Positions 46,054-59,600 of a DNA stretch of 64,000 bases are shown piece after piece. Location: positions 10,726,001 to 10,790,000 of the forward strand of contig CATNEN010000001.1 in the NCBI GenBank assembly GCA_950097015.1. The letters are read 5' to 3'. This DNA comes from Macrostomum hystrix (lineage: Eukaryota; Animalia; Platyhelminthes). The position numbers and the translations under genes were made by a program. Positions within the stretch are counted from its first letter, which is position 1. Every line of letters starts with the position of its first letter. The notes below the pieces were generated by a model. The model made no database searches. It saw only the letters and a program-made list of their open reading frames with translations, and was not told the DNA's origin.

Positions 46054-49000
46054 TATTTTTTAGAAAATTATGGTTTTGAAATCGCTTTGTGAAATGAGCT
46101 TGGCTCTTTCACGAGCTTAGCATAATATGGAAGCGAAATATCTTTTTAAATTGACAATTGACATTAACTTTAGGAGATACGGAGCAGCGCTTCAAGAGAA
46201 ATTGATAGTTAAGACTTTAGTAGAGAGAGGTAAGGGAGACTTACGCAACCTATAAGGCCTGGAAATATATTACCACTTTGGATCGGCAGGAGCAAAGTGA
46301 ATGAGATCCACAAGCCGCTTTGCTCTGCTCATGTCGACTATGCTATCAGAAAGATGAAAGTGAGGAGGTGGGTGAATCAAATTGTAGTGAGCCACTGCTT
46401 AGGGGCCTATTGATGCCTCACTAGCTGTCAGTAGCCCCACCTGCAAGGTAGCTTAGGTGTCCCCTTTTGCTGGCATTAAGTGGCTGTCCGGCCCGCCCTC
46501 TCTGGCGTTGTCTGGTCTGTCCCTCTCTGCCCTTCCCTTCCCGGCGGCGCCTGCACTTAGAGTGTGTTGTCTCTTCCCCCCAGGGATGAGTCATCACCTC
46601 TTTGTCCCGCGCTGGCTTTGTTGTCCCTTGTCCTTTTCTTTGTGTGTGGTTGTCTGCACTCAGTCAGCACGTGATTCTCCTCATGTGACTGGCCTCTCTC
46701 TTTGTCTATTAAAGTGCAAGTAAACATGTTTACTGCACTTGGGGCTTTTATTATGGGACAGGAACCTACGTAGGAGTGACGTTTCTGGCGCCACTGACGC
46801 CAGTTGCTATTTTTAGAAACCACGTGATTCCATCACGTGTTTTCTAACTCTGCACTGACCCTATGGGAGGCCCTTGCCTATGTTGTGAGCTGCGTCTCAT
46901 AACGATCTTGCCCCGACCCCTGCGTCTCCAGCCCTTCCACCCCAGCCGCCTGCTCAATCCGGTTCTGCCCGGCCCCGGCTTAGGCCACCCTCCGTTGGCG
47001 TGTTTGTCGTTTGTCGTTCGCCCATTGGCTGTCCCCTGTGCCGTCCTCGCTAGTCTAATCAGGCCTCTCGCCAAGGAGGCTTCTGATTGGCTAGCCGGTC
47101 TCCTTCTCTCTCTCTCTCGGCTTGCAGCCGACCCCAGCCCAGCCCTGTTTGCTACCACCCCAGCCCTGCGTGGCTTAGCCCTACCCCGTCCAGCCCTATG
47201 CCCTCGCCCCACCCCACGCGGTTATTTATTTGCGCGCGCTGCCCGTGGCCAGCCCCGCGCCTCCAGAGTACTAGGGCGAGAACGTTGGCGAAGCTAATAC
47301 AACATTAGAAAGTAGAATCCATAATAAACGACGCAGCCTGAAGCACAATTTATTGCATGAGTTCCACGTTCAACCCCTCCCGGTAAGAAAAGCATTCACG
47401 CGTTATTTATTTCTTTATTATCGAATCTTGTTCCTCTGCCCAACCTCGGCTGCTGCCAAAAACTCACCATCATCCTTCTCCTCCAGAGTCTTCCTCGAGT
47501 CTGCGAAGTGTCGGTACGCTTCCAGACCATCATCTACATCTCTCTTGGGCTGTCGAGTGGCTACCCGCTCGCAGTCAAAACCTTCAGTCAGGGCTTAGCG
47601 AGTGTCGGTACGCTCCAAGTCCATCCCGTCTCTCCTCGGAGTGTCTGGACGCCTCGAGGGTCGCTGCTTCCCCCCCTCTACCCCCGGCAAGCTTTGGGTG
47701 GTCCGTACCCGAACCCCCACTACCGCGTTGGCGAACTGCCGACAATACGAAAGAATTACAACACCTATAAAAGAAAGCTCCCCGCTCCTCTGGCCCTCAA
47801 CCTGGCCGCTTCCTGTCATTAACGTTTTCTCTGACTTATTTTAGTCTCTCTTGTCAGTGCCATCGAGTGTCTAAGTTTCCCACTTCAGTCTCTGCGTGTG
47901 GCTGCTCGCAAGCTCAGTTCTGGCTAAGTCCCGAAACTAACTTAGCCTTCCCCCACCACCCGAGCTACGCAGGACACTGACAGCCTTTAACTGCGACTGA
48001 AACTCTGCACGGTGTGCGCTTCTCAAGACTTCGTGACTTTATCTCTTTCGGGCCAAGGATCCTTCACCTCACCGAATGCAGGAGTCCTGACGCCCTGGTG
48101 GCAGCGCTACTACTACACTACCTAGTATTCTTGGACTTCATATTGGAGTTCGCCGGATCCCGCATTGTTAGCAGGACGACCGGTACAACAAAATGCTCAA
48201 TGAGAAAGGCACAATAGAAAGGTCATGCCGATTGCTTAGCAAGCATTAAAGGCTGTGTAAGACTCAGCCCCTACCTCTCTATATACTTAACTGTCCGTTT
48301 CTTATGAAACACTGGTTTGAATCCTTTGAAGTTGATGTCGATTTAAAGAAGAGACTTGCCGCTTTTAAATGACACCAAACTCGCTTACGCTAAGAAAGAG
48401 TAAAACCACTTTCCGGATACCCCTTGTACGAGGTGTTAGTTAGATGGCAGGGGGCTGAGGGTTTTGCCACGATCATTTTGGCGACAATCAACACAGCTAG
48501 CGGGGAGACACTATCCTGCCCATTGCAGTAGCCCCTGAGCACACAGGCACATGCTGACACAGAGGTGTAAAGCTGCACTGAATTTCTCATTGCAGGCATT
48601 GTACTCGTACACTCATTGTATTTGGGATTTTACCCTCATAGGCATAAATCGCACAGCAACCCCGAAAGTATCTGCGGCTGCTTTAACGTGGCCTCGCTAC
48701 GAACTTAAGGCTCTGGTGCCAGTCAGACGCGTTACTGCTCTGCGACTCAGCCCCCCTGTAGTACGAGCTCGTAGGTGTAGAAAACACCAACAGGAAAACT
48801 GGCAATGAGAAATTACAATGTTACTAGCTAAATCATAAAAGATTGTCCACTTAGTCCTCCCTGGAAAAAAATTCGTTCCGCGGTCCCTCAAATTGAGTAA
48901 TAAATTCGTCTGAGTGCGAATTAGCAAATACTTATAACAATACCACATACTGATCTTTCTGTGAGCAGCTTCACGCGAGAGTTGCTGCATTCAGCGCTGA

Positions 49001-49399
49001 GGACGCCATTACGTAAACGAACTTCTTCATGCAGCAGGTTAAGTTGAGCAGGTCGCAGTGCATGAAAAGCTTATTTAGAACTTTTATTCGGCCTAAAATA
49101 ATTACGATTTGATTCTCAGTTTGCATTAAAGAAAAGGCAGATTAAAGGCTTAGAATCGAGAATCACCTTGAAAAGATCCTGTGAGCTTGTAATTTTGTGC
49201 CACAAACAAATTCCAAATAGACTTTTTCGCCCACGCATTGCAGAGAAAATGATGATTGTACTGAAAATTTATGGAAGTTTAGCTTCGGAAATTGAATATA
49301 AAAAGTTTAAGATGGTTCTAACTTCTAATGTAGAAATTATATTGACTTTCTAATAAGGTAACTTAGGTACCACAAAAACATAAGGTTCGTGGGAGATAA

Positions 49400-50982
49400 A
49401 GGGGAAGAAGGGCAATGGTAGGGTACTAATGATAGGATTGATAGGTTACTAAGTGTAGAAAGATGTGCAGGGGAAGAGGAGCAGAGGCAGATAATCAGGG
49501 GTAGAGCAAGGGACAGAAAAGCAAGGTTAGATCAGGGGTAGAGCAGAGAGTAGATATGCAGGGGTAGAGGTGCAGGAGTAGAGTGGGGAAGAGCGGAGGA
49601 GAGCTGCGAAGAGCGGGGATGCGCGGAGAAGAGTGCAGAAGAGTTGTGGTGAGCGGGGAAGAACTGAGGAGAGATGCAGAGAGTGGGGAAGAGCGAGATG
49701 ACGGGGAAGAGCGGAGAAGAGAGGTGAAGAGCGGAGGAGAGTGGAGAAGAGCGGAGGAGAGCGGAGGAGAGTGGAGAAGAGCGGAGGAGAGTGGGGAAGA
49801 GCGGAGGAGAGTGGAGAAGAGCGGAGTAGAGTGGGGAAGATCGGGAAAGAGCTGCAGAGAGCGGAGAAGAGCTGCAGAGAACGGAGAAGAGAGGATAAGC
49901 AAAGGAGAGCGGAAAGAGAGGGAGAGTGGGGAGTGATATAGAGTAGAGAGAGGGAGAGGGGGAGTGGGGGACGGGGTAGATTGAGTGGGAGGGAGAGGTG
50001 GACGGGGAGAGGTGGTGGCAAGGGGGTAGAGTGGGGGAGAGCGGGAGGCGGGGGAGAAGGGGAGCAGTGTAGAGTAGGGAGAGGGTGAGGAGGGGAAGAG
50101 GGGGAAGAGGGAAAAAGGGGGAAGAGGGGGACTAGTGGAGAGCAGGGGTAGAGTGGGGGAGCAAGGGGAGAGGGGTAGAGTAGGGAGAGGGACAGAGGGG
50201 TACTGGGAGAGAGGGGGGACTGGTAGAAAGGGGAGAGTGGGAGGGAGCAGGGGTATAGTGGGGGAAAGGGGAAGAGCAAGGGGAGAGCAGGGGAAAGCTG
50301 AAAGAGAGGGTGAGTGGGGGAGCAGTGAAGAGTAGCAAGATGGGGAAGAGGGGAGAGGGGGTCTGGAAGAGAATGGAGGAGAGTAAGGGTAGCAGGGGAG
50401 TGGGAAGAGGGGGAGGGTAGGAGTGAAGAGTAGGTTTAAGGGGGAGGAGAAAGGCAGACTGGATAATAGAGGAAAGAGTATGGGAACAGTGTAGAATAAG
50501 GATGGGAAAGAGGGGGAATTAGAGCCTAGGGGAGAGGGGGAGAATAGGTGAGTAGGTTAGAGTAGAGGGGGAGATGAAAACGTAGGGAGAGGGGAAGAGT
50601 GGATAAGCAATATAGAGAAAGAAAGGGAGAAGTGAGGGAAAGGGGGACTAGGGGAGAGAGGAGAATGAACAAGGAATGTAGTGTAGGGAGAGAAGGAAGA
50701 GAGAAAAAGAGACTTGGAGAGAGGGGGGAAGAATGGGGGAGCAAGGGTAGAATAGGGGAGAGAAAGAGATCATTGGAGAGCAAAGGAAAGCGAATGAGAT
50801 AAAGTGTGGAAAAAGGGCAGGAGAAAGTAGAGAGTAGAGGAGAGTGGTCAGAGCAAAGGAAAGGTAGAAAAGCCAGGGAGAATATGCCCCTAAAGAAAGA
50901 GATGATAATAAAGGATAGGGAGTATAGGGGTAAGGAGATATAGGGGAGAGGAATATAGGGGTAAGGAGAAGAGTGGGGGGAA
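49400..50982 (+). repeat. Polypurine (G/A-rich) low-complexity tract
   Basis: ~1.6 kb almost entirely G/A, including GAGCGGAGGAGAGTGGAGAA repeats. Confidence 0.9.
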
Positions 50983-51910
50983 ATTAATTCTTAAAATTTA
51001 TTTTTTAACTGCACATAATATAATTATAGTCATATAGAAAGCTTAGCTCTGACTTGCTAACCTAGATTTATATAATTTAAATTTGCTATATAAGACAAGG
51101 AGAGAAAGCCAAATAAAGATACAAAATAATCATAGTAGGCTAAATTACTTGAAGTATAAAAAACTGATATAGTATGGCAGGCTTATTACTTCCATCTAGG
51201 CCAATGACAGAGATATAGGATAGGGCCTGTATACATACTAATGTAGGCCTAGGTCTATACAAAATATAACATGACACTAGTCCATGATATCAATTAAAGT
51301 AATTTGCCATGTATTTTAAGCTATAACTATCTAATTGTGACCTTACTAAACCACAGAATTCACGTCGGCTATATATTAGTTCATATAATCATATGTGAAT
51401 TATATTAGAATATAATTCACATACCACATGCTACAGCATGGCATGTGCTAAGCAGTTCCAAAATACCATAAGCTAGTGGCCTACCTACCATAAGCGAGTG
51501 GTCAGATATAATAATATATCAGTGGTTTACAAGGCCTATTGAACATGTTCTAAGAACATCGAACATGTTCGGTACAGCCTTAGAAGCATTCGTTTTGCAT
51601 GTTCGATAATGCTATGTAGGTGGGTTTAAAGAATATGTTTCAATATTATTATTTTTCATGTCTGTAATTTATTGCACGCGTACTAAATTTCTACCCCCCA
51701 TGCGCTGAGTCATTTTCTCTCTGGCGGCAACTCATTCTTGGGCTTCAGCATGTACGTTTATTTGCCCACCCCAATTAAATTGATTTAAATAGGCTACTGG
51801 TCGTTAGCAGCACTGAGAGTGACCGCGTCGTTTATAGCCTATAGTTTTCAAAGCTCAAATGACGGCCTACTTAGTTTTTTTCAATCGTTGAGAACTAGCT
51901 CACAAACACT

Positions 51911-51928
51911 TGGTAGCAGAGCGTGGTT
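51911..51928 (+). promoter_or_regulatory. Primer-binding site (initiator tRNA-Met type) of a BEL/Pao element
   Basis: TGGTAGCAGAGCGTGGTT lies 2 nt after ...AACA and is complementary to the tRNAi-Met 3' end. Confidence 0.75.
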
Positions 51929-51992
51929 TGTCAAGCCACCAGACATCGCTTATAATAGTGCAAGTCCGAGCTAGGCAATACAGTAGGCAGAA

Positions 51993-53630
51993 ATGAGCGA
52001 CGATGAAGAACAGAAGAAACCGACAGAGCTCGACGTGTCATCGCTGAACGCTCTTAGGCGACAAAAGGCAAAGTGCAAGTCTGCACTCACCAAGAGCCGC
52101 AGTAGGCCATTCAGAGAGAATGCGAGACCGTCACCAAAGCGTACAAGGAGGCGGCAGAAGTTATCCAGCAGCTTTGCGATGAGCTAGAACAGCAATCGGA
52201 TCCAGGGGCACAGAAAAAGCTGCTCGACGAGATCGACACAATCGAGGACGACTATAGAACAGCTATGCAGGCGGTTTAGCGGTACCTCATGGCCCGCACA
52301 GCACCGCGAACAACATCGACTACAGCTACGGCGGCACCTGAGGAGCCAGCAGCGGCTCAGCCACTGTGTGGAGCCAGCCGAGGCCAGCGATTCGGATTCA
52401 GCGAGGCGGCGCCGGAGCTCCTGCCAAGTCAACAGCAGCAAAATCCGTACAGAGGATGGAGTGGTGAGTTTGGCTACCTGACTTCAAACCAGCGAAGGGG
52501 CTTCGAGAAGGAGGACGATGATCTAGCCAGGGCTTCTGGTGACTGCTGTGAGCGTAGAGTGGGCAATTCTTCAGAGCAGCAACTATCGAAGGATCTCTGG
52601 AAGATGCTCCGTGGAGTGGAGATTCCTACCTTTTATGGCGACAAGCAGCAGTATGAAGCGTGAAAGGCAGCCTTTATGGCTTGCATTGATAGGGCGCCTG
52701 CAACTCCGGAATTCAAGCTGCTTCAGCTGCGCCAGTATCTGAAGGGAGCAGCGCTGAAAGTGATCGAGCACCTGGGTCACTCGGCAGCGGCGTATGAGGC
52801 GGCGAAGGAGAGGCTGGAGCGAGAGTATGGTGGCAAGAGGAGGCAGTTGGCTCTTTATTTAGAAGAATTAGACAGTTCTCCACCTTTGAAGCAGAATAGT
52901 GCAGAGGAGTTGAAGAAGTTTGCGAATCTCTTAGACGTTGCTGTTATTAATCTAGAAGAAGCTGGCAAGAACACCGAACTCAGCGATGGCCTACTGTCTG
53001 CTAGATTGCAGAAAAAGCTCCCAGAGCCGATGGTCGCAGCGTTTCGCCGTTGGCTATTCAAGAAAGAGAAAGCAGAGGGTGTAAGGACACTTCGAGAATG
53101 GGTGCTGAGTGAGTCCGAGTTCCGGACTCAGGCAGCAGAGATTGTGCACGGAGTAGCCACTTCCAACCAGGAGCAACCAAAGAAAGAAGGGAAGCAGAAG
53201 ACTTTCCACGTGATGCATCAAAGCAAAAGCTCAGGCGAGAGGTACTCTTGTGTTGTTTGCAAGGAGCCGCACGAACTGTGGAAGTGTCCAATGTTTGCAA
53301 AGCTGTCTTCCGAAAATCGATGGAAAGCTGCTCAGGAAGCCAGGGCTTGTTTCCGGTGTCTAGGACATGGCCACAGTGCTATAAACTGTCGACGAGGTCG
53401 CAAGTGTGGCATTGACGGTTGCAGCAAAACACACCATCGTTTGCTGCATTCAACAGCAAGATCAGAGGCAAAAGCAAAGCCCGAGGCAGCTTCAGCGGCA
53501 AAGCAGCAAGCTGAGAAATACCAGCCAAAAGCAGAAACTGTGACTATGGTGTCCAGGGAGGCTAGTGCAGTGTCGCTGCGAACAGTGCCAGTCATTCTTA
53601 AGTCGAATAGACGTGCGGTGAAAGTAGTAT
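51993..53630 (+). pseudogene. BEL/Pao gag (DUF1759-like plus three zinc knuckles), disrupted and 3' truncated
   Basis: IPTFYGD...KLLQLRQYLKGAA..LEREYG. Knuckles CVVCKEPHELWKC, CFRCLGHGHSAINC, CGIDGCSKTHHRLLH. Stop at 52661 and a frameshift near 52100. Confidence 0.9.
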
Positions 53631-53639
53631 GCAAGAGGG

Positions 53640-54347
53640 GGCTTCTAGGACAAAAATAATCGCAGCCTCCATTATCCACAAGCCATTACTTTTATTCTTC
53701 CCGAAGAGATCAGGAAAAAAGGGTCCCTGCCTCTCTCTAAAAAACTCCGTCTCCATATTCTAAATTCTCTACTTTTAATATTCCACAACAGTTTGTGAGT
53801 TGCATATCTAGGACAAAAATTATCGCAGCCTCCTTAATGCACAAACCATTACCTTTATTCTTCCCGAAGGAAAAAGAGTCCCCGCCAATAAAAATCCGTC
53901 TCCATATTCTCTACTTTCCAGTTTGTGAGTTGCATATCTTAAACAAAAAATTATCGCAGCCACCTTAATACTCCCTAAGAGACCATGCCCAAAATAGTGA
54001 ACCTGCAAAAAGCGTGCTAAATCCATAAAACTATAACACCTAGATTCCCAATCCCCAAACTTAAGACCCCAAACCTAGGGTGCTCATCCTCCGAAAAAAT
54101 TTATATTCTCATTAAAAATGCTCCCAATCATCTCTCCAGGATCTTATTACAAAAGTCATGAGCCTAATTACAAGAGTAAATACCGATGCAAACTAGAATG
54201 CAGCGAGTACATGAGAAAATATTGGCCCAACGTCGATATCAATGTCCCTAATATTAATATAGCTCTCCAAAGACACTGGTTTCATAAATATGGAGTAATT
54301 ATAAGGGACTATGACAGCTACTATAACTTTGCAGAAATCATTAGGCA
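53640..54347 (+). repeat. Dispersed ~0.7-kb repeat, copy 2
   Basis: Homologous to 26820-27486. Truncates the BEL gag-protease. Confidence 0.9.
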
Positions 54348-55184
54348 GCTATAGACTTTCGATACAATACGCTTTAAGACTTCTAGACTGCATTAAAATC
54401 GATATTTTTACGTACAAGCGTATGACATTTTCTGTGTGGCGGCTGGCGTTGAGCGGAATGGGTACGGCAGCTGTTTCTTGCCATAGTTCTTAGCGCGAGC
54501 GGCGTTGGTAGTCACTCCCAGTTGGCTCTAGCCCCCCTCACAATCCACTATACTAAAAATGAAATGCTTGGTTGGTTGGTTGGTTGGTTGGTTGGTTGGT
54601 TGGTTGTAATTGATTTTCTCCCGAACGGCTCAACCGATTTTCACCATTTCTTAACCAAAAGATGCTAAATATGGGGACAATTTTACACGTATTTTTATTA
54701 AGCTGAACTTCATTGCTAAGGGGATTAAATATTCGAAAAACATGATTTTTTAAAGGTCAAACCATCTTGGCCTATTGAGAATTTCACTGACAGCCACTGA
54801 ATTAGAATTGCATCGTCAAATTGCGCAACAACCCCTAGCTGATTGAATTTGAAGCCTGCACTCTGGAGACAAATTTGAAATAAATGTACACAACCAACTG
54901 CGAGACTGAGTGTACTCTATTTTCTTACTTCATTGTACAAAGCCAGAACTTTGAGAATTCATTTTATAAGGCTGATTTTTGCACCCACTAACCAACAGTC
55001 GGAATAGCCGATGTGTAGGCACTAGGAATAGGTTAGGCTAGGCTAGGGTTCGATTCTGCACTGCGTCAAATCATTTAGACTAACTTTCAGCCAGTAGTGA
55101 TTGAAGATTATTTTAATTTATATTTTTTCATTTCGTAAATAAAATATCATAAATCATAGCAAAGCTGAGTTTGTCATAGAAAAC

Positions 55185-56185
55185 CTGAGTTTGAATCATG
55201 GCTAAACCATAGTCTGAATCATGGCTAAACCAGAGTTTGAATCATGGCTAAACCATCGTTTGAATCATGGCTAAAGCAGAGTTTGAATCATGGCTAAACC
55301 AGAGTCCGAATCATGGCTAAACCAGAGTTTGAATCATGGCAAAACTGGAGTTTGAATCATGGCTAAACCAGAGTTTGAATCATGGCTAAACCAGAGTTTG
55401 AATCATGGCTAAACCAGAGTTTGAATCATGGCTAAACCAGAGTTTGAATCATGGCTAAACCAGAGTTTGAATCATGGCTAAACCAGAGTCCGAATCATGG
55501 CTAAACCAGAGTCTGAATCATGGCTAAACCAGAGTTTGAATCATGGCTAAACCAGAGCTTGAATCATTGCAAAACCAGAGTTTGAATCATGGCTAAACCA
55601 GAGTCTAAATTATGGCTAAACCATAGTATGAATCATGGCTAAACCATAGTCTGAATCATGGCTAAACCAGCGTCTGAATCATAGCTAAACCAGAGCTTGA
55701 ATCATGGCTAAACCAGCGTCTGAATCATGGCTAAACCAGAGTTTGAATCATGGCTAAACCAGAGCTTGAATCATGGCTAAACCAGAGCTTGAATCATGGC
55801 TAAACCAGAGCTTGAATCATGGCTAAACCAGAGTTTGAATCATGGCTAAACCAGAGCTTGAATCATGGCTAAACCAGAGCTTAAATCATGGCTAAACCAG
55901 AGCTTGAATCATGGCTAAACCAGAGTTTGAATCATGGCTAAACAAGAGTTTGAATCATGGCTAAACCAGAGTTTGAATCATGGCTAAACCAGAGCTTGAA
56001 TCATGGCTAAACCAGAGCTTAAATCATGGCTAAACCAGAGCTTGAATCATGGCTAAACCAGAGTTTGAATCATGGCTAAACAAGAGTTTGAATCATGGCT
56101 AAACCAGAGTTTCAATCATGGCTAAACCAGAGCTTGAATCATAGCCAACCAGAGTTTGAATCATAGCCAACCAGAGTTTGAATAA
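55185..56185 (+). repeat. 23-bp satellite (GAATCATGGCTAAACCAGAGTTT), ~43 copies
   Basis: Direct reading. No unique spacers. Confidence 0.95.
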
Positions 56186-56676
56186 GGGCAAAAGCAGTTT
56201 TCCAAAGCCAGTTTTGTTAAAAGTGATACTGATTATCACTGATATTGATGATATCACTGATATCAGTGATACTGGTTATAACACTGATAAGAATTGCAGT
56301 GTGTCAAATGTAGATAACTAGATAACTGTGTTAACCCCACTGGCGAGACACATCACAGCTTTTCTCACTGGCTGGCGCAGACCAGTGTACATTGTGAGCC
56401 CTCTGCCCCGGAATGTGGACACACGGGCCTGGAGAGCCCACACGCCAAATCATAGGTTTTTTGATTTAGACCCCTATTTCTTTATCGATTTTTCAGTTTT
56501 ACCCTGCGTCTTAAGATAAGCTCCAATTCAGCCCACTGGATGATAAAAAGCCTGCAAATTAGTTTGGCTAAAGGGCGCCTTATCTGATTCTTCAGACATC
56601 CAAATCCACAAACTTTCATCTTTCAAACCATATCATTCTTTCTCAACTATTTCATTTCGCTTCTCATTTCTCAATC

Positions 56677-59600
56677 ATGGTTCGACGCGGCGCCAGCAGT
56701 TTAAAGAAGAGCCGCGATGCCAAGCGACGGCGACAGGCAGAATCCGAGGCAGAGCGGGCTGCCCGACTGGAAGAACAGCGGCAGCGGAATGCTCAGTGCA
56801 GACATGCTGAGACTGAGGCAGAGCGGGCTGCCCGACTGGAAGAACAGCGGCAGCGGAATGCTCAGTGCAGACATGCTGCGACTGAGGCAGAGCGGGCTGC
56901 CCGACTGGAAGAACAGCGGCAGCGGAATGCTCAGTGCAGACATGCTGAGACTGAGGCAGAGCGGGCTGCCCGACTGGAAGAACAGCGGCAGCGGAATGCT
57001 CAGTGCTTTAAAGCTTTGTGCCTGTGTACACAGAAATGTTTACCGTTGTAAAGAGTTTTGTTAAAAGCATTTGTTACTACCGTTCAAAATCAGGCGCTAC
57101 AATTTGCCCACGGCAAACGAGGTCGGCATCCTCATTGTTAAGGACACTGAGGACACTGAGGCCCCTGAAGACGGTGATGAGCCAGCAACTAGCCGAGATG
57201 TTGTCATTCAACTGCGGGGTGGCGGCTACAAGAGGATTAGCAAAACACACCGATCGTATGATGCACTGGAGTACGTGTTGCTGTTCCCCCATGGCGAGGA
57301 CGGCTGGCACCCGGAGCTGCGCATGGGCAATGGCCGCAAGCTGACGCCGATGAAGTACTATGCCAGCGAAATCATGGTGCGAGCGGGCCAGAGCAGCCTG
57401 CTGCACCACGGACGGCGGCTGTTCCAGCAGTACCTGGTGGACATGTGCGCCAAGATTGAGTCAGAGAGGCTGCTCTATCTGCGGACCCATCAGAGCGATC
57501 TGCGCAGTGAGACGTACAGCGGTCTGCGAGACGCTCTATTCGCTGCTGATGGCAGGTCGACCGACACAAATCCGACTGATATTGGCAAGCCTGCGCACGT
57601 GTTCCTGTCCTCCAGCTTCGTTGGCGGGCCAAGGTACCTGATGGAGAGGCTGCAAGACGCCATGACCTATGTACAAAAGTTTGGCAAGCCGGACCTGTTT
57701 GTCACGGCGACGTGCAACCCTAAGTGGCAGGAAATCAGTGCACAGCTGCTGCCTGGACAGCGACCTGAGGACCGGCCGGATATTGTCACGCGTGTTTTCG
57801 AGCTGAAGAAGAAGGCTCTGCTTGCCGAGCTGAGGAAGCGCTTTGGAAAGGAGGCCGCGCATGTTTGCTCTCTGGAATATCAGAAGCGCGGTAAGTTAGC
57901 AAATTGCGCTTTCAGTTTTCATTCTGTAATTGCATTCCAGGTTTAGCAATCCATATTTTTATGCAAGGGGTCATTGCAAACCGGAATTAAGCTCTGGTTT
58001 AGCCATGATTCAAACTCCAGTTTCTCCATGATTCAAACTCTAGTTTCTCCATGATTCAAACTCCGCTTTCTCTACGATGCAAACGCTGGTTTAGAATTTT
58101 AATTCTTTACATGACTAAATTGTGATCACTCATACGTCGCTTTGAATCACTTATTTGTTTATGTCTTCCACAGGTCTCCCCCATGTGCACTTTCTGCTCT
58201 GGCTGGTCAGTGGACAGAGAGTGACTCCGGACCGCTACGACAAAATCGTGTCCGCTGAGATCCCGGACCCACAGCAGCAGCCGAGGCTGCACGAGCTGGT
58301 GAAGACTCACATGATCCATGGCCCCTGCGGCGTGGTAAATCCAGCCTGCCCGTGCATGGTGGACGGCCAGTGCAGCAAGGGCTTCCCGAAGGAGTTCCAG
58401 CAGGCGACCCTAACCAGCGATACTGGCTACCCATTGTATCGCAGGCTGTCCCCTGAGATGGGCGGATTTACGGTGGACAAACTATTCAAAGGCCGCAGCA
58501 TTCGCATGGACAACAGGTGAGTGAGGAGGTGTTGGTGTTTTTTCAGACTTGATTGAAAGGTTGATTCTTTAATACGAAAGCAAAGTACTTAGTTTAGCCT
58601 TGTGTTTAGTTTATTTATATTGCTAAATTGTTTATTTACTGTAAGTTTAATTTAAAATTGCTAGAATACATAAATCATTAATTAGCAATTCTTTTCCTGG
58701 CACAAATACAGGTGGGTTGTACCATACAACCCGGGCCTGCTGCTCCTTTTCGAATGCCACATGAACTTTGAAGTTTGTGCCACCGTCAAGTCGGTCAAGT
58801 ACGTGATCAAGTACTTGCTAAAAGGCGGCGACATGGCGTCGTTCAAGTTCGAGGCAAACAAGAAGCCGAGCGGGCCAGGAGAGCAGGCTGCGGATGGCGA
58901 ATGACAGGAAGGTTCAGCTAGCAAGGCTCCGACTCAAGCCAAGAAGGAGGGGCGAAATGAGATCAAGGAGTATCTGCTGGCGCGCTACATATGCCCAATG
59001 GAAGCCGTGAATACCATCTTGGGCTTTGAAGTAAGTCATAGATGTTTGCAAGGCAGTGCTAGCAGCAAAGAATGGGAAAATAATGATATGGTTTTTAAAC
59101 TAAAACACAACAGGTGCACAACAGATTTCCGGCTGTGATCCGATTGTGCGTGCACAAGTCTAACGAGCAGCTCGTGTATTTCAACGAGCAAAATGCGAGC
59201 ACAAAGGCCAGGGCGCCCAGAGATTCGACGCTGACGGCTTTCTTCAAGCTGTGCCGCACTGATGAATTCGCTAGAGGCCTGGTGTACACCGAGGTGCCGT
59301 CCTACTTCGTGTGGCACCACAGCGAGAGGGAGTGGCGCCGCGCCAAGAAGGGTTCGAGAGTTGAGGGCCACCCTGGTGTTGTGCACAACACGAACATTGC
59401 CCGAATGTACACGGTGAGTCCGAGAGCAGGGGATCTGTTTTATATGCGAATGCTCCTCCTGCAGGTTAGAGGGCCAACCAGCTTCGAGGCGCTGCACACT
59501 GTGGACGGAGTGCTGTGTCCCAGCGCCAAGGCTGCTTGCACGGCCCTGGGTCTGCTGCAACGAGACGACCACTGGCGGCGCTGCCTAGCCGAGGCAGTCC

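Noticed and set aside
49495-50802. Pro/Leu/Ser-rich and Glu/Arg/Gly-rich ORFs
   Set aside because: Artefacts of the polypurine tract.
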